Source: Epithemia pelagica (Eukaryota > Protista > Bacillariophyta). Taken from it: a stretch of DNA of 64,000 nt. Where the stretch lies: the NCBI GenBank assembly GCA_946965045.2, contig OX337228.1:6510001-6574000 (forward strand), given 5' to 3'. The position numbers were made by a program, and so were the translations under genes. This document shows positions 46,883-59,150 of the stretch, one piece after another (position 1 is the first letter of the stretch; each line of letters begins with the position of its first letter). Below the pieces are notes generated by a model. It had not been told where the DNA came from. It saw only the letters and a program-made list of their open reading frames with translations, and made no database searches.

Positions 46883-48076
46883 TCATGTCGACGATCCATT
46901 TGTGTCTTCCTTTTTGTGATAGGTCATGTGAAACGGCACCCCTCTTAAATAATGCTCCACATCTACTTCATCGGTAAGCTTTCCATCCGGTCTCATGAAC
47001 GGCATGGCTTGTTCTGGTTCTATAAACTCTTCCATGACCGATTGTTTTTGCTCTGACCCAGAGCATACGACAAACTTTTTCTTGGTAAGTGGATCCAAAA
47101 AGGGGCTGACCATTTTGTACATGGCCTTGATCCAAAAGGGTGGATCCAAAACAACAAGTCGCTTGAGTCGTTCCGGAAAGTGATCTTGCAGCATTTTGGC
47201 CACACTCTTGGAGGCTTTCCATGAAGGCGCTACAGAGGAATCAAAGGTTCCAAAGTCCAAGACAACCATTATTTTTTCGTGCGAAGCCATGGACAAGGAC
47301 TCGGTCGCAGCCGTGGCTCGTTCCATTACGTGCAGCATGAGGTATAGAAAGGCATCGTCACTGGCTCCCGACGCTGTTCTCGCAAATACGGTCAAAATGG
47401 CAAGATTTCCCTTGTCATGACCCCGTACCACACATATTTGCTTTTTCATGTCGTCTTCAATCATGCCATTTATCTTGTGTGCCAGTTTGGTGTCCTCGTC
47501 CGACGCATATTCGACATGTGGTAGAAAACATGACCTTACCAAGTCCACGCGAATTTCCTGTGAAATAGAGACAAGAAGATTGAGAATCCTATTGACAAGT
47601 AGTTACTGGTCGGCGAGAGGGTTCATGGTGTACACTTACCTGTCGTTGGGCAACCGTACTTTTGACCATGGCCAATGCTTTTTTGTAGGGGTTCTTAAAG
47701 AGTGCGCGTCGGATTTCGCGAAGCGCCATTTTCTCTCTTTCGGCAGGTGTTGGAGGCCTCTCGGAGAGTGTCGCCAACCAATAGGCGTAGGATGTTTGTG
47801 CTGCAATTTCCACTTGTTCCGGAGTCAATTCTCCCAGCAGTTTCTGAATAGAAACACAGTACGAGCCAACGCCCAAAGGTGTGGTGAGAACATGATTGAC
47901 AATCCAGAAAGGAGACTGTGACAGCGGTACTGTACTCCAATAGATCGAGCAAAGTACGAACAACAAACCTTCATTTCCTCTTCATTTTCCCGTTTACTGT
48001 CTTCAAAAGGGATGGGTGAGTCCAAAATCGTTTGAATTGCATCTCGTGCAATGGGGAGATCGCCTGTAATTTTCAT
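46883..48076 (-). CDS. CRAL-TRIO (Sec14-like) domain protein, paralogue of 23032-24097
   Basis: Exons joined by introns 47844-47968 and 47558-47639. SYAYWL...REIRR N-terminal block; HFPERLKRLVVLDPPFWIKAMYKMVSPFLDPLTKKKF. Confidence 0.88.
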
Positions 48077-48430
48077 CTCGACAAGGATGGTCGTCAGCAC
48101 AGCGATCACGTCTTGGTTCGATACAAACTGGGTGTTCAAACCGTTGTTGGTTGGATGGTTGTGGATTAATCGTTGTTTGCTTCGTCGTTGACCTTCTTCT
48201 TACACTGTAGGGAGACCAATGATGAACTCGTAACAAATAAATTATGACGAGCCAACTTTTAGTCATGATCGAGTCGCTTTAGGGTCGCTTTACAAGACGC
48301 TTCTGTCTGCAAGCCGGCTAGGGAGGGTCGGGGGTCGGGGGGAACGTTTCCATCCCCCACAACCACAATCTAAGTTCATTTTACGATCTCTCGTCATCGT
48401 CGTCATGTCTCTTGGATACGACGACCAAAA

Positions 48431-50623
48431 ATGAGGAGATTTGGTGGTTATTCGGTCGTTTCGTTGCTTTCCTTGTTACACAGGTTCGAAATCCTTCCAT
48501 TGGCATGTCCGACATGGGTCGATCCAGATACACCTGTGGATCTGCATACTACGGCAGCACTGACCGAAGGAGATGATCGCGACTATCAATTGGTACGGCC
48601 CGTCGTGTACTAGATCTTGCATCGATCACAACGCCTTCGACGAACCTCTAATGCCCGTACACCTCTTTCTTCTTCTACTGTTGCTTAGATCTTTTCGGAT
48701 GAGTTTGAGCAAACAGGGAGAACGTTTCGTGATGGCCACGATCCAAGATGGACGGCAATGTGAGTGTTTGATGAATGGATGTTTGAGAGAAGCAACATTA
48801 TCACTCATGTTTGATGTATTTTTGACTGTTAAACTATTTCCATAACAGAAACAAGAACGACTGTGAGTAAACAGCCGGCGTGAAGGTTCAATCAAAGGTT
48901 CGAGGCATTCTAACAGATAAGATATCTTTGTATCACAGATACCAACTCTGCTCTTCACTATTACAGCCACGACAATGCCGAGACCTTGGATGGCATGCTC
49001 AAAATATCCACAGAACTCAAGAAGAATGTGTATCGGGCGTTTGATGAGAAACGAAAAAAGTTTTATGGGGCTCGAAAGTATGTACAATCTGCAATGCTTC
49101 AAAGTTGGAACAAATTTTGCTTTGTGGGCGGTATTGTCGAATTCTCCGCCAAATTGCCCGGGTCTCCCCGTGTCGGCGGACTTTGGCCAGCTCTGTGGTT
49201 ACTGGGCAACTTGGCACGGGCCACCTATGTCGGTTCTTCGGATTACATGTGGCCCTTTAGTTACAACAAATGCAATGACATTCACCGGCTAAGTCAGGAA
49301 ATTAGTTCGTGCTCCAAAGTCAATCATTATGGATTGGATCCTTATCAGGGGCGGGGGGCTCCCGAAATTGACATTATCGAATCCATGCAGGGAGTACCGG
49401 GAAAGTTACCGAGCACCCACGTCCAGCGCCCCTATCAATCTGCATCGTACCAAGTAGCACCTGGCATTGAAACGAACCGACCCGATGTCGGCTCCCGTCC
49501 AGTGCAAGGACGCTGGTACACTGATTTGGAATATGGCAACACAACAAACTCGGATTTGAATCCATTCTTCTATGGCGTCACCTTGGTTCACAAACCAAGA
49601 GACTATACCTACCAATCCGACGCCCTTTCCGCTAATATGCCGTTGAATGACACCCACTACGAGGATACTCACTTGTATCGTATAGAATGGGAACCCCCAG
49701 CTTCCAATGGGACCGGTGGATACATTCGATGGTACACAGACGATGATTTTGTGTTTGGCGTATCAGGGCAAAGCTTGTCGTTTATGGGAACGGAAATACC
49801 TTCCGAACCCATGTACTTGATCATGAACACTGCAGTGTCCAGCCATTGGGGATTTAAAGAACCGTGCCCCAACGGATGTGCTTGTGAATGTTTTCAATGT
49901 GGGAACCGAGACTGCGAATGTGGCTTACCCGATGGATATTGCGATAATTTCCCAGCCATTTTCGATATCGACTATGTGAGAGTATATCAGGCAGTCAATG
50001 ATCCACGACATATTTTAGGCTGTTCGCCCCCATCTAGACCAACCGATCTCTTCATTAAAGGACATGCCAAACGGTACATGGATGAAGACCAGAAGCAGCC
50101 ATTGAAACCGGTTATGAAAGGAGGTGGAAGTTGTACGGATCACTTCATGTGCGGAGGAAAGCAGAACCGAGGAAAGTGCGTCAAACGACAGTGTTTCTGC
50201 GCTGAGAACACGACGGGGCCTCACTGTTTGGCGCATGTAGGAGAAACGATCGAAGAAGAGGAGATATCTTTTGAAGGTACGTGATTTCTTATTGTCCACT
50301 GTCTTCTGTATGACTTTTGCTGTCATCTCAAGGATCCCTATGATGCAATGTGTTTAGTGTCGAGGATGATCTTTCCTTTGAGCTTTGTCATGGTCATGAC
50401 GACATTGTTTGCATGGTTGATGGCCTCGTTGGTAGTCACAGTGAAGCAAAGGAGAAAGCAACAAGGCTTTCGTTCAATGCCCATTGCTACACGAGAAGTA
50501 TCTCACTTCTACCCAATGCCCAAGGCATCCTATCAGGGTCCAATGGTCTCCACCAACTATGTATTGCCTCCCAGACCTAACACGGTTACCTACTGTGTAA
50601 TTGACGAACGAATGGTATCATAG
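48431..50623 (+). CDS. KRE6/SKN1-like GH16 beta-glucan synthesis protein (putative 1,6-beta-transglycosylase), type I membrane
   Basis: Signal peptide, WVDPDTP, IFSDEFE..GRTF.DG.DPRWTA, GLWPALWLLGNL.RA, catalytic EIDIIE, PSEPMYLIMN, IDYVRVYQ and a C-terminal TM. Introns 48593-48688, 48760-48848, 48863-48938 and 50277-50357. Confidence 0.92.
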
Positions 50624-50846
50624 ATCGGCATTGAATGAGACTTGTGTCGTTCAAAATGGTTAGACTGTGGAAGAGACCTCCAACGTTCGACTGATGGGTA
50701 ACAGGCCCCGGTGCAAAACTCAGCTACTCCTTCAAAACTGGTTCGCGTTCACTCTTCGGTCGTTTGTATCTGCCGCCAAATCAACGTTTGCGGATCCAAT
50801 CACCTACGACCGTATTTGGCAGCAGTGTTCTCATATATGGCCCAGT

Positions 50847-52245
50847 TCAAACCAGGAGCCTGATTCGGGAAGGATGAAGCAATGTGAGACACAAAGTTTT
50901 GCAGCTAGCTAGATCCGCGCTTGGATATTCCACTCACCGTATTTTGAACATTCGATCCCAGTACTTGCCCGTTACATAGATGACATCTTCATCCGCCGAG
51001 ACAGATATTCCATTGAGAACATTAGCACCCTGTTGATGTCTCTCTTCTTGTGGCCACAGTTGGCTAAAATCTACGCATAGAAATAGCAACCACAAAAAGA
51101 CAAGTTTCAGAGCAATGAACACAGGGAAAATCATTGTCCTGTTTTCCACAAATCACACGGTCGTACCATATTCTTTGATAACAGTTCCTGTTTGTAGGTT
51201 AATCACGAGGATGCAATCCTCATACCAGACATTGGCCAGCAGAAAACCTCTCCACATTTCCAACTCATTGATATTGGTTGCTGCCTCGCCACTCATTCGA
51301 AACACTGGTAGACGTTTTGTGAGTTGCACCGTCTTGGGATCCCAAAAGAGCAACTCATTGCTGCCATCCGAAGCAATGAAGGAATCCATTTCGGCACTGT
51401 AGGTTAACCCCCATCCTTCTCCCGTGGTGGAATGGAACCCAAATTCACTCGGAGCGGCATCCAAGTTATGGATATCGTACATGTACCCCTTCATCTGTTT
51501 ATACGTCAGCTGTACCAAGTACCCATCCAGGTACGTAAGCCCTTCTCCGAAATCTTTGGGCTTCATCTGCCATTTTCGTATCGTATGACCCGTGTCTGGA
51601 TCGAGCTCCTGTAAAACAGATGCCTGTTTCATCCCCGTCGACTCAAAAAGTCGTCCCTCCACAAAGCACAGACCTTCCCTAAACATGTTTCCGTTTGTGG
51701 ACGTTAGTCAAGGACTCTGGAGACCCACCATTGCGGATCAAGCGATCAGACAAGATAATAACTCACGTGAATGACGTCTTGTCATGATAGAGTTGTGCAA
51801 CGACCTCATATTTGACACCATCTTGCAGAGTAACTGGCGTATTGATCCAATTGCGAACTTCTTCATCATGTTTACTCGGTATAGGGTTGCCATGGTTGTT
51901 GGGATGATTTTTACTCCATCCTTTTCCGTGCCAATTCGAATACTTGCCCTGGGCAATCGAAACCTTGGTTTTGGTGTCATGGTTGTCAATTTCACCACTG
52001 CTGTGCGATTCCATGGCATCCAACAGACCGTCGCCTGGTGCCACCATGTACACTCGACCTACAACATATACCGTAAAGCCAACAATACAGGAGAACATGG
52101 CAATCAAGAAGCAAATGTTTTGTCGTCGGACGCTGGGGTGGTCGACAATGTCATTGTTGTCTTGTCCAAATCGTTCCGCGGCCACAACCTCATTCTTGTC
52201 CCTTGGTCCATTCGACTCCACCATTTCCACATCGACATCCATCAC
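50847..52245 (-). CDS. Glutaminyl-peptide cyclotransferase (plant/bacterial beta-propeller type) with N-terminal membrane anchor
   Basis: HDKTSFTEGL, LFESTG, FGEGLT, GEGWGLT, SDGS, NINELE, LANVWYED, VLNGIS, YVTGKYW. Introns 51679-51766, 51071-51166 and about 50860-50937 (gives ...KIRLLV*). Confidence 0.92.
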
Positions 52246-53502
52246 TGCGTTTCAATACAGGTTCCAATACGATGATTGTCAAATATAAAGATATCTACCG
52301 GGCGACAAACGAGATTCTCTGCGGCGAAAGCACCCGTTCGATTCTTTTGAACGCATATAGGTCCTTCATGGTCGCATTACGGACCGAACGATCTGTTCAG
52401 GGAATGCGACCATGATGATGATGATGTTCCGGACTTTGAACGGCGCTTCCCAGTTTGGAGGAGGAGACTATACTAACAATTCAGAGAAATAGAACCATTC
52501 TGCTATGAGCGAATAAAGAGGAGAATGATGGAGTCTCATTTAAGTGTTCACGATGGATACAAGCAACAAGAACGTCATCCTAACGAAACTCATGGCTATG
52601 GTAAGGGAGAATCTATCGGTTATCTGTTTGAGACGACTTCGGGTCAAACTGTCATTGATCTTGTCGTCTGTCGAACCATGATCCCGATGTCATCCGATGG
52701 ACATTGTTGCTTGTTGTTGCTTGTTGCACCTCTGTTTGTTTCGTCGTCATCTGACCGTGTTCTTTAAAATCAAACGCGCAGGCGAAACAACGCGCGCTTG
52801 AGAACGAATGGATGGCGGTACGCGTACGCTGGGGAGATGAGATAATATTAGTTAAGCCTTAGTGGCTCCGTCTTCCCGTACTGAATCTACATGTGTGTCA
52901 CGTAGGCTTATCAAAGACCTTAAATCGTCGTAACGGAATTAGCGTTTGGGTCTCCATGTAAGACAACGTCCATAAGTCGTGGGTGTGTAAGTGGAGAGTG
53001 ATAATAGCTCAAATCCAAATTCTCTCATAAGTTCTGGAGGAGAACAATTAGAGGTCCTCGCGCAAACACAAAAAATAAAGAGGAACAACTTATGAGCTCT
53101 TAAGAGCCGACTCTCCTAAGTAGTAGCCTGGCGACCTCATCAAACATACACAGCATCAACCCAAGCACAAGAAGCAGCAAAGGTAAGCAAGTCTTCAAAC
53201 ATGCACCACAGCAGGATTGCGGACCATGGCGCAACCATGGCTGTCGACACAACCCGTTCAATCGAGATGCACTGACGTTGGGTATTCCTCGCTGGCGAGG
53301 ATTACGTAGCGAATGTACTGCAGTCTACGTAAAATTCGGATCTCGCTCGTGCACCGATGCACGATCTTGTCCTTTACTCTCTTGTTGTTGTGGGATCGAC
53401 GTAGAAAGTCTTTGTTTGTTTCGGTTGAGATGAAAGATTCAACCACTCTCATGTTCCTCATCAAATGCATTCCCCATTGTTGAATTATAGAACGTCGTTC
53501 AA

Positions 53503-54546
53503 ATGACAGGAATTAAGGTAGAGGAACATGACTCTCCAGGAGGTGGATCGAAAGCTCTGGACAAGATACCCGTGTCCACGAAACGTCCCACCAAGAAGAA
53601 GCCCAAAGATAAGCCGAAGAGACCGCTGAGTGCGTACAATTTCTTCTTCAAAGAGGAGCGAGAGAAGATTCTGAAGGTTGTACTGTCGGACGAACAAACC
53701 GATACGTTCAATGAGCCAGATTCTGAAGATTATATCGATGACAAGACATTAGCTCGGTTGAGAAAAGAAGGGGGAAAAGTTAGTTTTGAAGAGATGGGGA
53801 AGCTGATAGGGCAACGGTGGAAGAACTTGCAGCCGGATCGGCTTACAAAGTTCTCAGAACTTGCGGCTGAAGATACCGATAGATACAAGAAAGAGATGCA
53901 GGGATACAATGGTCGACAAGAGGCAAAAATGAGAAGTGAAGCACTAAAGCCACAACCTGGACCAAGTTATCCACCACCGCAAGAGAGTTCGAAGGCTTCG
54001 GCAAGCATGGCACGGGCTCCTCCCGGTCCATCGTACGATATGCCTCCTGGCGCCAATCCAGGATATGGGGCTCCTCCACAAATGCAAGGATACCCTTACC
54101 CAGGTATGGAGTATGGTGGCTATCCTGCTATGCCCATGTATGGATACGGGGGTTATCCTGGCATGGGACAGCACGGAAGCGCACCTGGCTCAGTTTCAGT
54201 CCCCCCTGAAATGCCACCGCAGATGATGCCGCCAGAAATGCATCCTGGGGGCTCGTATCCGCAAGAGCCGCCTCCTTCTCGGGGACATCCTAGTGCGGGG
54301 ATGTATGGGGGACCATCAGGAAGCTATCAAAGTAATATGATGATGTCTTATGGGTGAGTACCTTTACGACCTACGTCAACGGTTTCGTTTTGAATCTCTA
54401 ACCTCATTGATTTTCTATCATTCAGGGGACAAAGTGGGGGACCTCCGCCTCAGTATCATGGAGGAGCATCCATGGAACATGGTGCTCAAGGAATGTATGG
54501 TTATGGGGCTGGGCCAGGACAAGGCTGGGGTGGACCTCATGGATAG
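53503..54546 (+). CDS. HMG-box protein with P/G/Y-rich C-terminus
   Basis: KDKPKRPLSAYNFFFKEEREKI...SFEEMGKLIGQRWK.L...A.EDT.RYKKEM. Intron 54354-54425. Confidence 0.93.
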
Positions 54547-54807
54547 ACCTAAAACCAAATTTCAAGGGGAAATAGTTCAATCATAATCTTATTACATAGA
54601 AAGGGGAAAAAGAAACGTGAGCTGTTATTAGACTCGTCTTTGTCCGCGAGTACTCCTATTTTCTTTTCTCCGATTCCCGATGTTCATTTCTAGGTAGTTG
54701 AGCACGAATTATGTTGTAGGATATTTGAGTCCCAAAACCATTTACCCTCGTGATTCATTTTTCAGATTCTTTCTCGGAGGGAATTTGACGTCAAATGTCA
54801 ATCGACC

Positions 54808-55853
54808 ATGAATTGCAAGGAGCAGCATCTCCCTGAACTTGAACTGTCGACCGGGCAGGTCCGGGAGGCACTTCAATGTCTGCTACACACCATTTTGTTG
54901 TGAGTTCTGGTTTGGATCCTTTGTCGATACTCTCTTTTCTTTGTCTCAAATCACTTTCTTTGAATCAGCATACGTTCTCCAGGTCCAGTCGCCCCAAGAG
55001 GTAAGAGAACCGATTGTTTTTCTCGCCTGTTATGGGATTTTAGCTCTAAGGGATTATGCTCCTTTCAGATGTGGAATGCGAAGGATTGAACGTTACGTAT
55101 ACTAGGATTGCGGGAGACGACATGTTGTCTTCGGACCCCACTTCACGAAACCACGGTGTGTCTGACATTGACAAGAAAGTTGATGACGCCATTGAATCAT
55201 TTCTTCAATCACTATCTCAGATTGGGCCGGAGCTACTCAGTGTGAGTGTACACGTTTAGATTGAGGAGATCATAATCTGATTTCTCACACTTGCGCCATT
55301 GTTTCTATTTTCGTAAACAAAAGGGTTGTCTGACCCTTTCATTCTTTGAACGACGGGCATCTCGTCAACTCTTTGGGCTTGTATCGCAAGAAGAAAGAGT
55401 AACGTACGTACGCATGCGTATGTTGGGGTCACAAAAGTCAACGTCTTAATCTTTTGTTTCTCTTTTCATAGGTGGGAACAATGGATTCTGAGAGTGATCG
55501 TCAATAACACTCCGCGCCCTATTAGCAACGATTCTGCGTCGGTAATTGAAAGACAACGAATACAGGTAGGGCAAGCTCTCTTCTCTACTTGGTATAAGAC
55601 AATAAAGGGAGTCGGAGGAGTTGATGCGATCGATGGCTGACCTTTTTTCTACTTTGGTTTTGTGTAGGATACTGCGGAAGGCATGCTTCGAACAGCTCTC
55701 ATGAAGGTATTTGAAATAGCTGGCGGACCACTCGATCATGTTCCACCAGTATTGTATGAGTTTGAAATTGCATCGGCGAAGAGAGTCGACGATCGGGAAA
55801 ACGTATACTCACGAGTTACGGCAATGCCTCCGATTTTGAACCTGGGCAATTAA
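54808..55853 (+). CDS. ATG101: Autophagy-related protein 101 (HORMA)
   Basis: Spliced across 5 short introns, missed by the ORF track: MNCKEQHLPELEL...VREALQCLLHTILF|IRSPGPVAPR|DVECE...LTLSFFERR...WEQWIL...DHVPPVLYEFEI. Confidence 0.88.
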
Positions 55854-56024
55854 TCAGGCAGCAAACCATGCTGCTTCTACAACGATACGTTCCCGCTTCT
55901 TGAATCACGACACACAAATGGTTGTAAACGAAAGAGACGTTCACAGCAATCCGTATTGCTTATAATCACCGTTGAGGGGAATGATATTCCAAAACCAACG
56001 ATGCAGGACCCCAGACCATGAACT

Positions 56025-57317
56025 TCATTTGCCTTTTACCTTCCTCGAACGGAACTTTGGTCTTTTGCTCTTAGATTTGTTCTTTGAAACCGCTGAAACC
56101 AATGATATTGCTGTTGTAGTTTCTTCATGGGGTATATGGATCCCTTCATCAATAATGTCTTCCTCTTCCGCTCGTGTTGTAGCAGTGTGATCTGGTTCCT
56201 CGTCATCCTGCCAAAATGAAACTGGTAGCTCCGATTTGCCTGCAGTTGTATTCGGCTGAATCTGTGCTTCCAGCTCGGCGTCCTCTTCCACAACCACATC
56301 CTCCGCATCTGCGTTTCGTTCCACTTTCTTTTCCGTGCCCTCTTTCTGTGTCATGTCAGGTTCCGTCGAGGATTCGACGGTAGGTGCAACAGGCGGAGGA
56401 ACTTTGGCCACATCATCATCTGTCACGTCGAAAACCGACAAGTCTGTCAAGAAATGGAAAGATGGTGAGACAAGGCGTTGTCAGAGCTGTACGAAAGCAA
56501 GCAGCAAGGACATACTAATGTTTTTCCGCGAGCTTGGGTTGAGAGCAGCTTCAATCAATTTTGGATTGTTGACACATTCTTTTTTGAACTTGTGCTTCAG
56601 TGTTTTATGTTTTCGTTTTGTTGTGCTCGTAAAGAAAGCTTCCATTGAATAAAAGTCTGTACCAACTTGTCGAAGTGCTTCATAAAAGATACGTGTCTCG
56701 TCGACGCTCCAGTGTTGTGGCCGCCGTCCGGCTTTCGAAAACGATGTATACGAGGACCCTATACCACCGAGCTGATCCTCTTCTTCAACAACTTGGTAAT
56801 CTTCATCCTCTTCAGTCGGTGGCTTTGCATCTCCATGCAGTACCATACTAGACTCCTGTAGAACAATTTCTCCATCGATAATCTGAACGACGGGACCAGA
56901 TGAACCTCCATTGTCTCGGCCGGTAGTTTCTGTTTTCTCATGGTCGGACACCTTGAAAGAGTTGTTCTTTTTCTTGGTGGAAGTATCACTGGGAGGGGGT
57001 TTCGCCCGAAACTTGGAACAAAACTTGGACAAGCGTGGTGCATCCGCATCCACAAGCTCATCATCGATACCAGCGTTGTCTCGGGCAACCACAGCGGCTG
57101 TTGTAGGGAGCTTTCGGGTCGACTTTCTTGTCGTAGGGACCAAAGCTTCTTCCTCAACGCTAGTGATGGCATTTTCATTGACATTACTTTGTTTAGGCTT
57201 CTTCCGATTTGCGGATATCTTGAGAGGTTTCGCTGGACGCTTTTTCCGTTCCGGTACGGACGTTCTTGCCTTTGTCTCCGTCGTGGTGGTACTAGTAGAT
57301 GCCATTTTCTTCGTCAT
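56025..57317 (-). CDS. BDP1: BDP1-like TFIIIB B'' subunit (SANT/Myb-like domain)
   Basis: IIDGEIVLQESSMV and SYTSF...HWSVDETRIFYEALRQVGTDFYSMEAFF...LKHKFKKE..NNPKLIEAAL. Intron 56444-56515; acidic C-terminus. Confidence 0.8.
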
Positions 57318-57460
57318 GGGTATTTCATATCTCAGTGAAGAAAAGCTTTGACTGTGGGTCAGAGGCAACAATGTGCGGTGGTCTTCTCTAATGATTTGTC
57401 CTCGCGTACTCTGCCAAGGCGCCGTTCAATGAAATGACGAGGACTACGGCGGTTGACGAT
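57302..57460 (-). promoter_or_regulatory. BDP1 5' cassette (start codons plus about 140 bp upstream), duplicated at 58805-58961
   Basis: Colinear similarity, e.g. tatctcag..aagaaaa.ctttg, cagaggcaacaatg, tttgtcct.gcgtactctgccaa, gaggactacggcggt.gacgat. Confidence 0.8.
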
Positions 57461-57863
57461 TCACCGGTTTCATTGTCCCACAAAAAAATAGGAGTAGGAG
57501 TCTAATATTCCCCCAGAATAGGTACCTCTAGAGGAGTACTACTCCTCTAGGAGTACTAGTCTATCCGCATCTGCCGCGTTATATATAAGGAGTATATAGC
57601 TATGCACTCCTACCTAGTCGATCGAAGAGTGCAAGTTAACCGGGCGCCCAGGTTGTGTCGATGGCAATGATGTTGTACTCCTATGTAATTATAGTGATAA
57701 TGATGATTAAGTTTTGGTGATCTATTCCATACGTTGTATATAACAAGAGAAAAAGTTATGATGATGATTGTCTGTCCCAGGCTTCGAAAACAGTAACTGG
57801 CAATTCCCCCATTGTGAATGAATCCTTTAGTTAGCTGTCGGTATAACAAGCTTAGGATTTGTT

Positions 57864-58820
57864 TTATGAGTTTGTGTGCTTACTCCCGTCTTCACGAGCT
57901 TCCGTTTTTCTGCCACTGCTGTCATCGATCTCGGCTTCTTCCAATCTTCCACCGTCCACCGCCGCTTCTGCCGCATTTCGTTTTAGATGTTTCACACAAT
58001 CAGCTGCACCGTTCACCGTCGCTTCTTCCGCTTTTCGTTTTAGGTGGTTCAAGCAATCAGCCGCTCGATCCACTCTTTGAGTCTCGGAACTTTGAGTATC
58101 AGCAATATTCAAGAAACTTTCCACATGTCCTCTTGGATCATTGGTAAGGTGTTGCCGCATAATGGTCTTTGTTACTGCTGGCTGTAGACGAGGTAAATTA
58201 CCTTCATCTTCGGAACTGGAGACTGCTTGATGGTACAGGACAATGGATTGAAAACAGTTGTTGCGGCAGAGTACCCAGAGACACTCTCCGGCATTGGTCC
58301 TTTCAATGAAGTCATCATACGACAACTTCTTATCATTCAACCATTGAAGCTTCATTTCCATACTCCCAGATTCGGCCGCCCCCGCAGCCTTTAAGACATT
58401 GATTGCCAAGATGCGAAAAATTGTCCAACTATCTTCGCTCACTTTGGTATCTGCTTCAGGTACCAGTTTCAGAAAATCGTCCAAGGACAAGCATTCGTCG
58501 AAGACTTTTGCGATAGTTTCTTTGTAATCCTTCAAGCATTGGAAGGCGTTCTCCATTTTTGCCCTTTTTTCGTCCTTTGTGTATTTTTCTGGCAGTTCTG
58601 CGGACAACATTTTGAACCTCCTCTTGATATCCTTCACGATCCTCCTTTTCAATTGACCACGTCGCGATCTCTCCTCTTCCCTCTCTAGGTTAATATCCTC
58701 GTGAAAGTGCACTCGCCGTCCCGATGGTTTTGTTTTCACTGGGAGTGTTGTAATCATGCTCGTTGGGAAGGTTGTGTGGATGTTGTGACGGTGATCAGAC
58801 CGGCGCATTTTCTTTGTCAT
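57864..58820 (-). CDS. Orphan hypothetical protein (about 318 aa) beginning MTKKM, like BDP1
   Basis: Uninterrupted ORF; charged helical composition; RRVHF motif; internal 19-aa duplication AADCLNHLKRKAEEATVNG/AADCVKHLKRNAAEAAVDG; no recognised domain. Confidence 0.6.
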   Translation of the reverse strand: MTKKMRRSDHRHNIHTTFPTSMITTLPVKTKPSGRRVHFHEDINLEREEERSRRGQLKRRIVKDIKRRFKMLSAELPEKYTKDEKRAKMENAFQCLKDYKETIAKVFDECLSLDDFLKLVPEADTKVSEDSWTIFRILAINVLKAAGAAESGSMEMKLQWLNDKKLSYDDFIERTNAGECLWVLCRNNCFQSIVLYHQAVSSSEDEGNLPRLQPAVTKTIMRQHLTNDPRGHVESFLNIADTQSSETQRVDRAADCLNHLKRKAEEATVNGAADCVKHLKRNAAEAAVDGGRLEEAEIDDSSGRKTEAREDGSKHTNS

Positions 58821-59150
58821 GGCATTTCTTATCTCAGAGAAGAAAAACTTTGGCTTTGACACAGAGGCAACAATGGGCTGTTTTCTTGTCTAAAGCTTTG
58901 TCCTGGCGTACTCTGCCAAAGCGACATTCAATCAAAGAAGAGGACTACGGCGGTCGACGATCGACGATTACGAAGAGTTCGATCCAGGCGGTCGCGAGTT
59001 GAGTCCTGAAAGCGACTTTAACGCGACGGAATAGTTTCTCTTGCTTCCACGTGTATACCACATTTTCTATCTAGGTATGTTGGTTGATGTGGCTCAATCG
59101 GACGGCTCGTTCTCATCCAAGTCAAAGCAAGTCGGTTTTCTCTCTCAACA

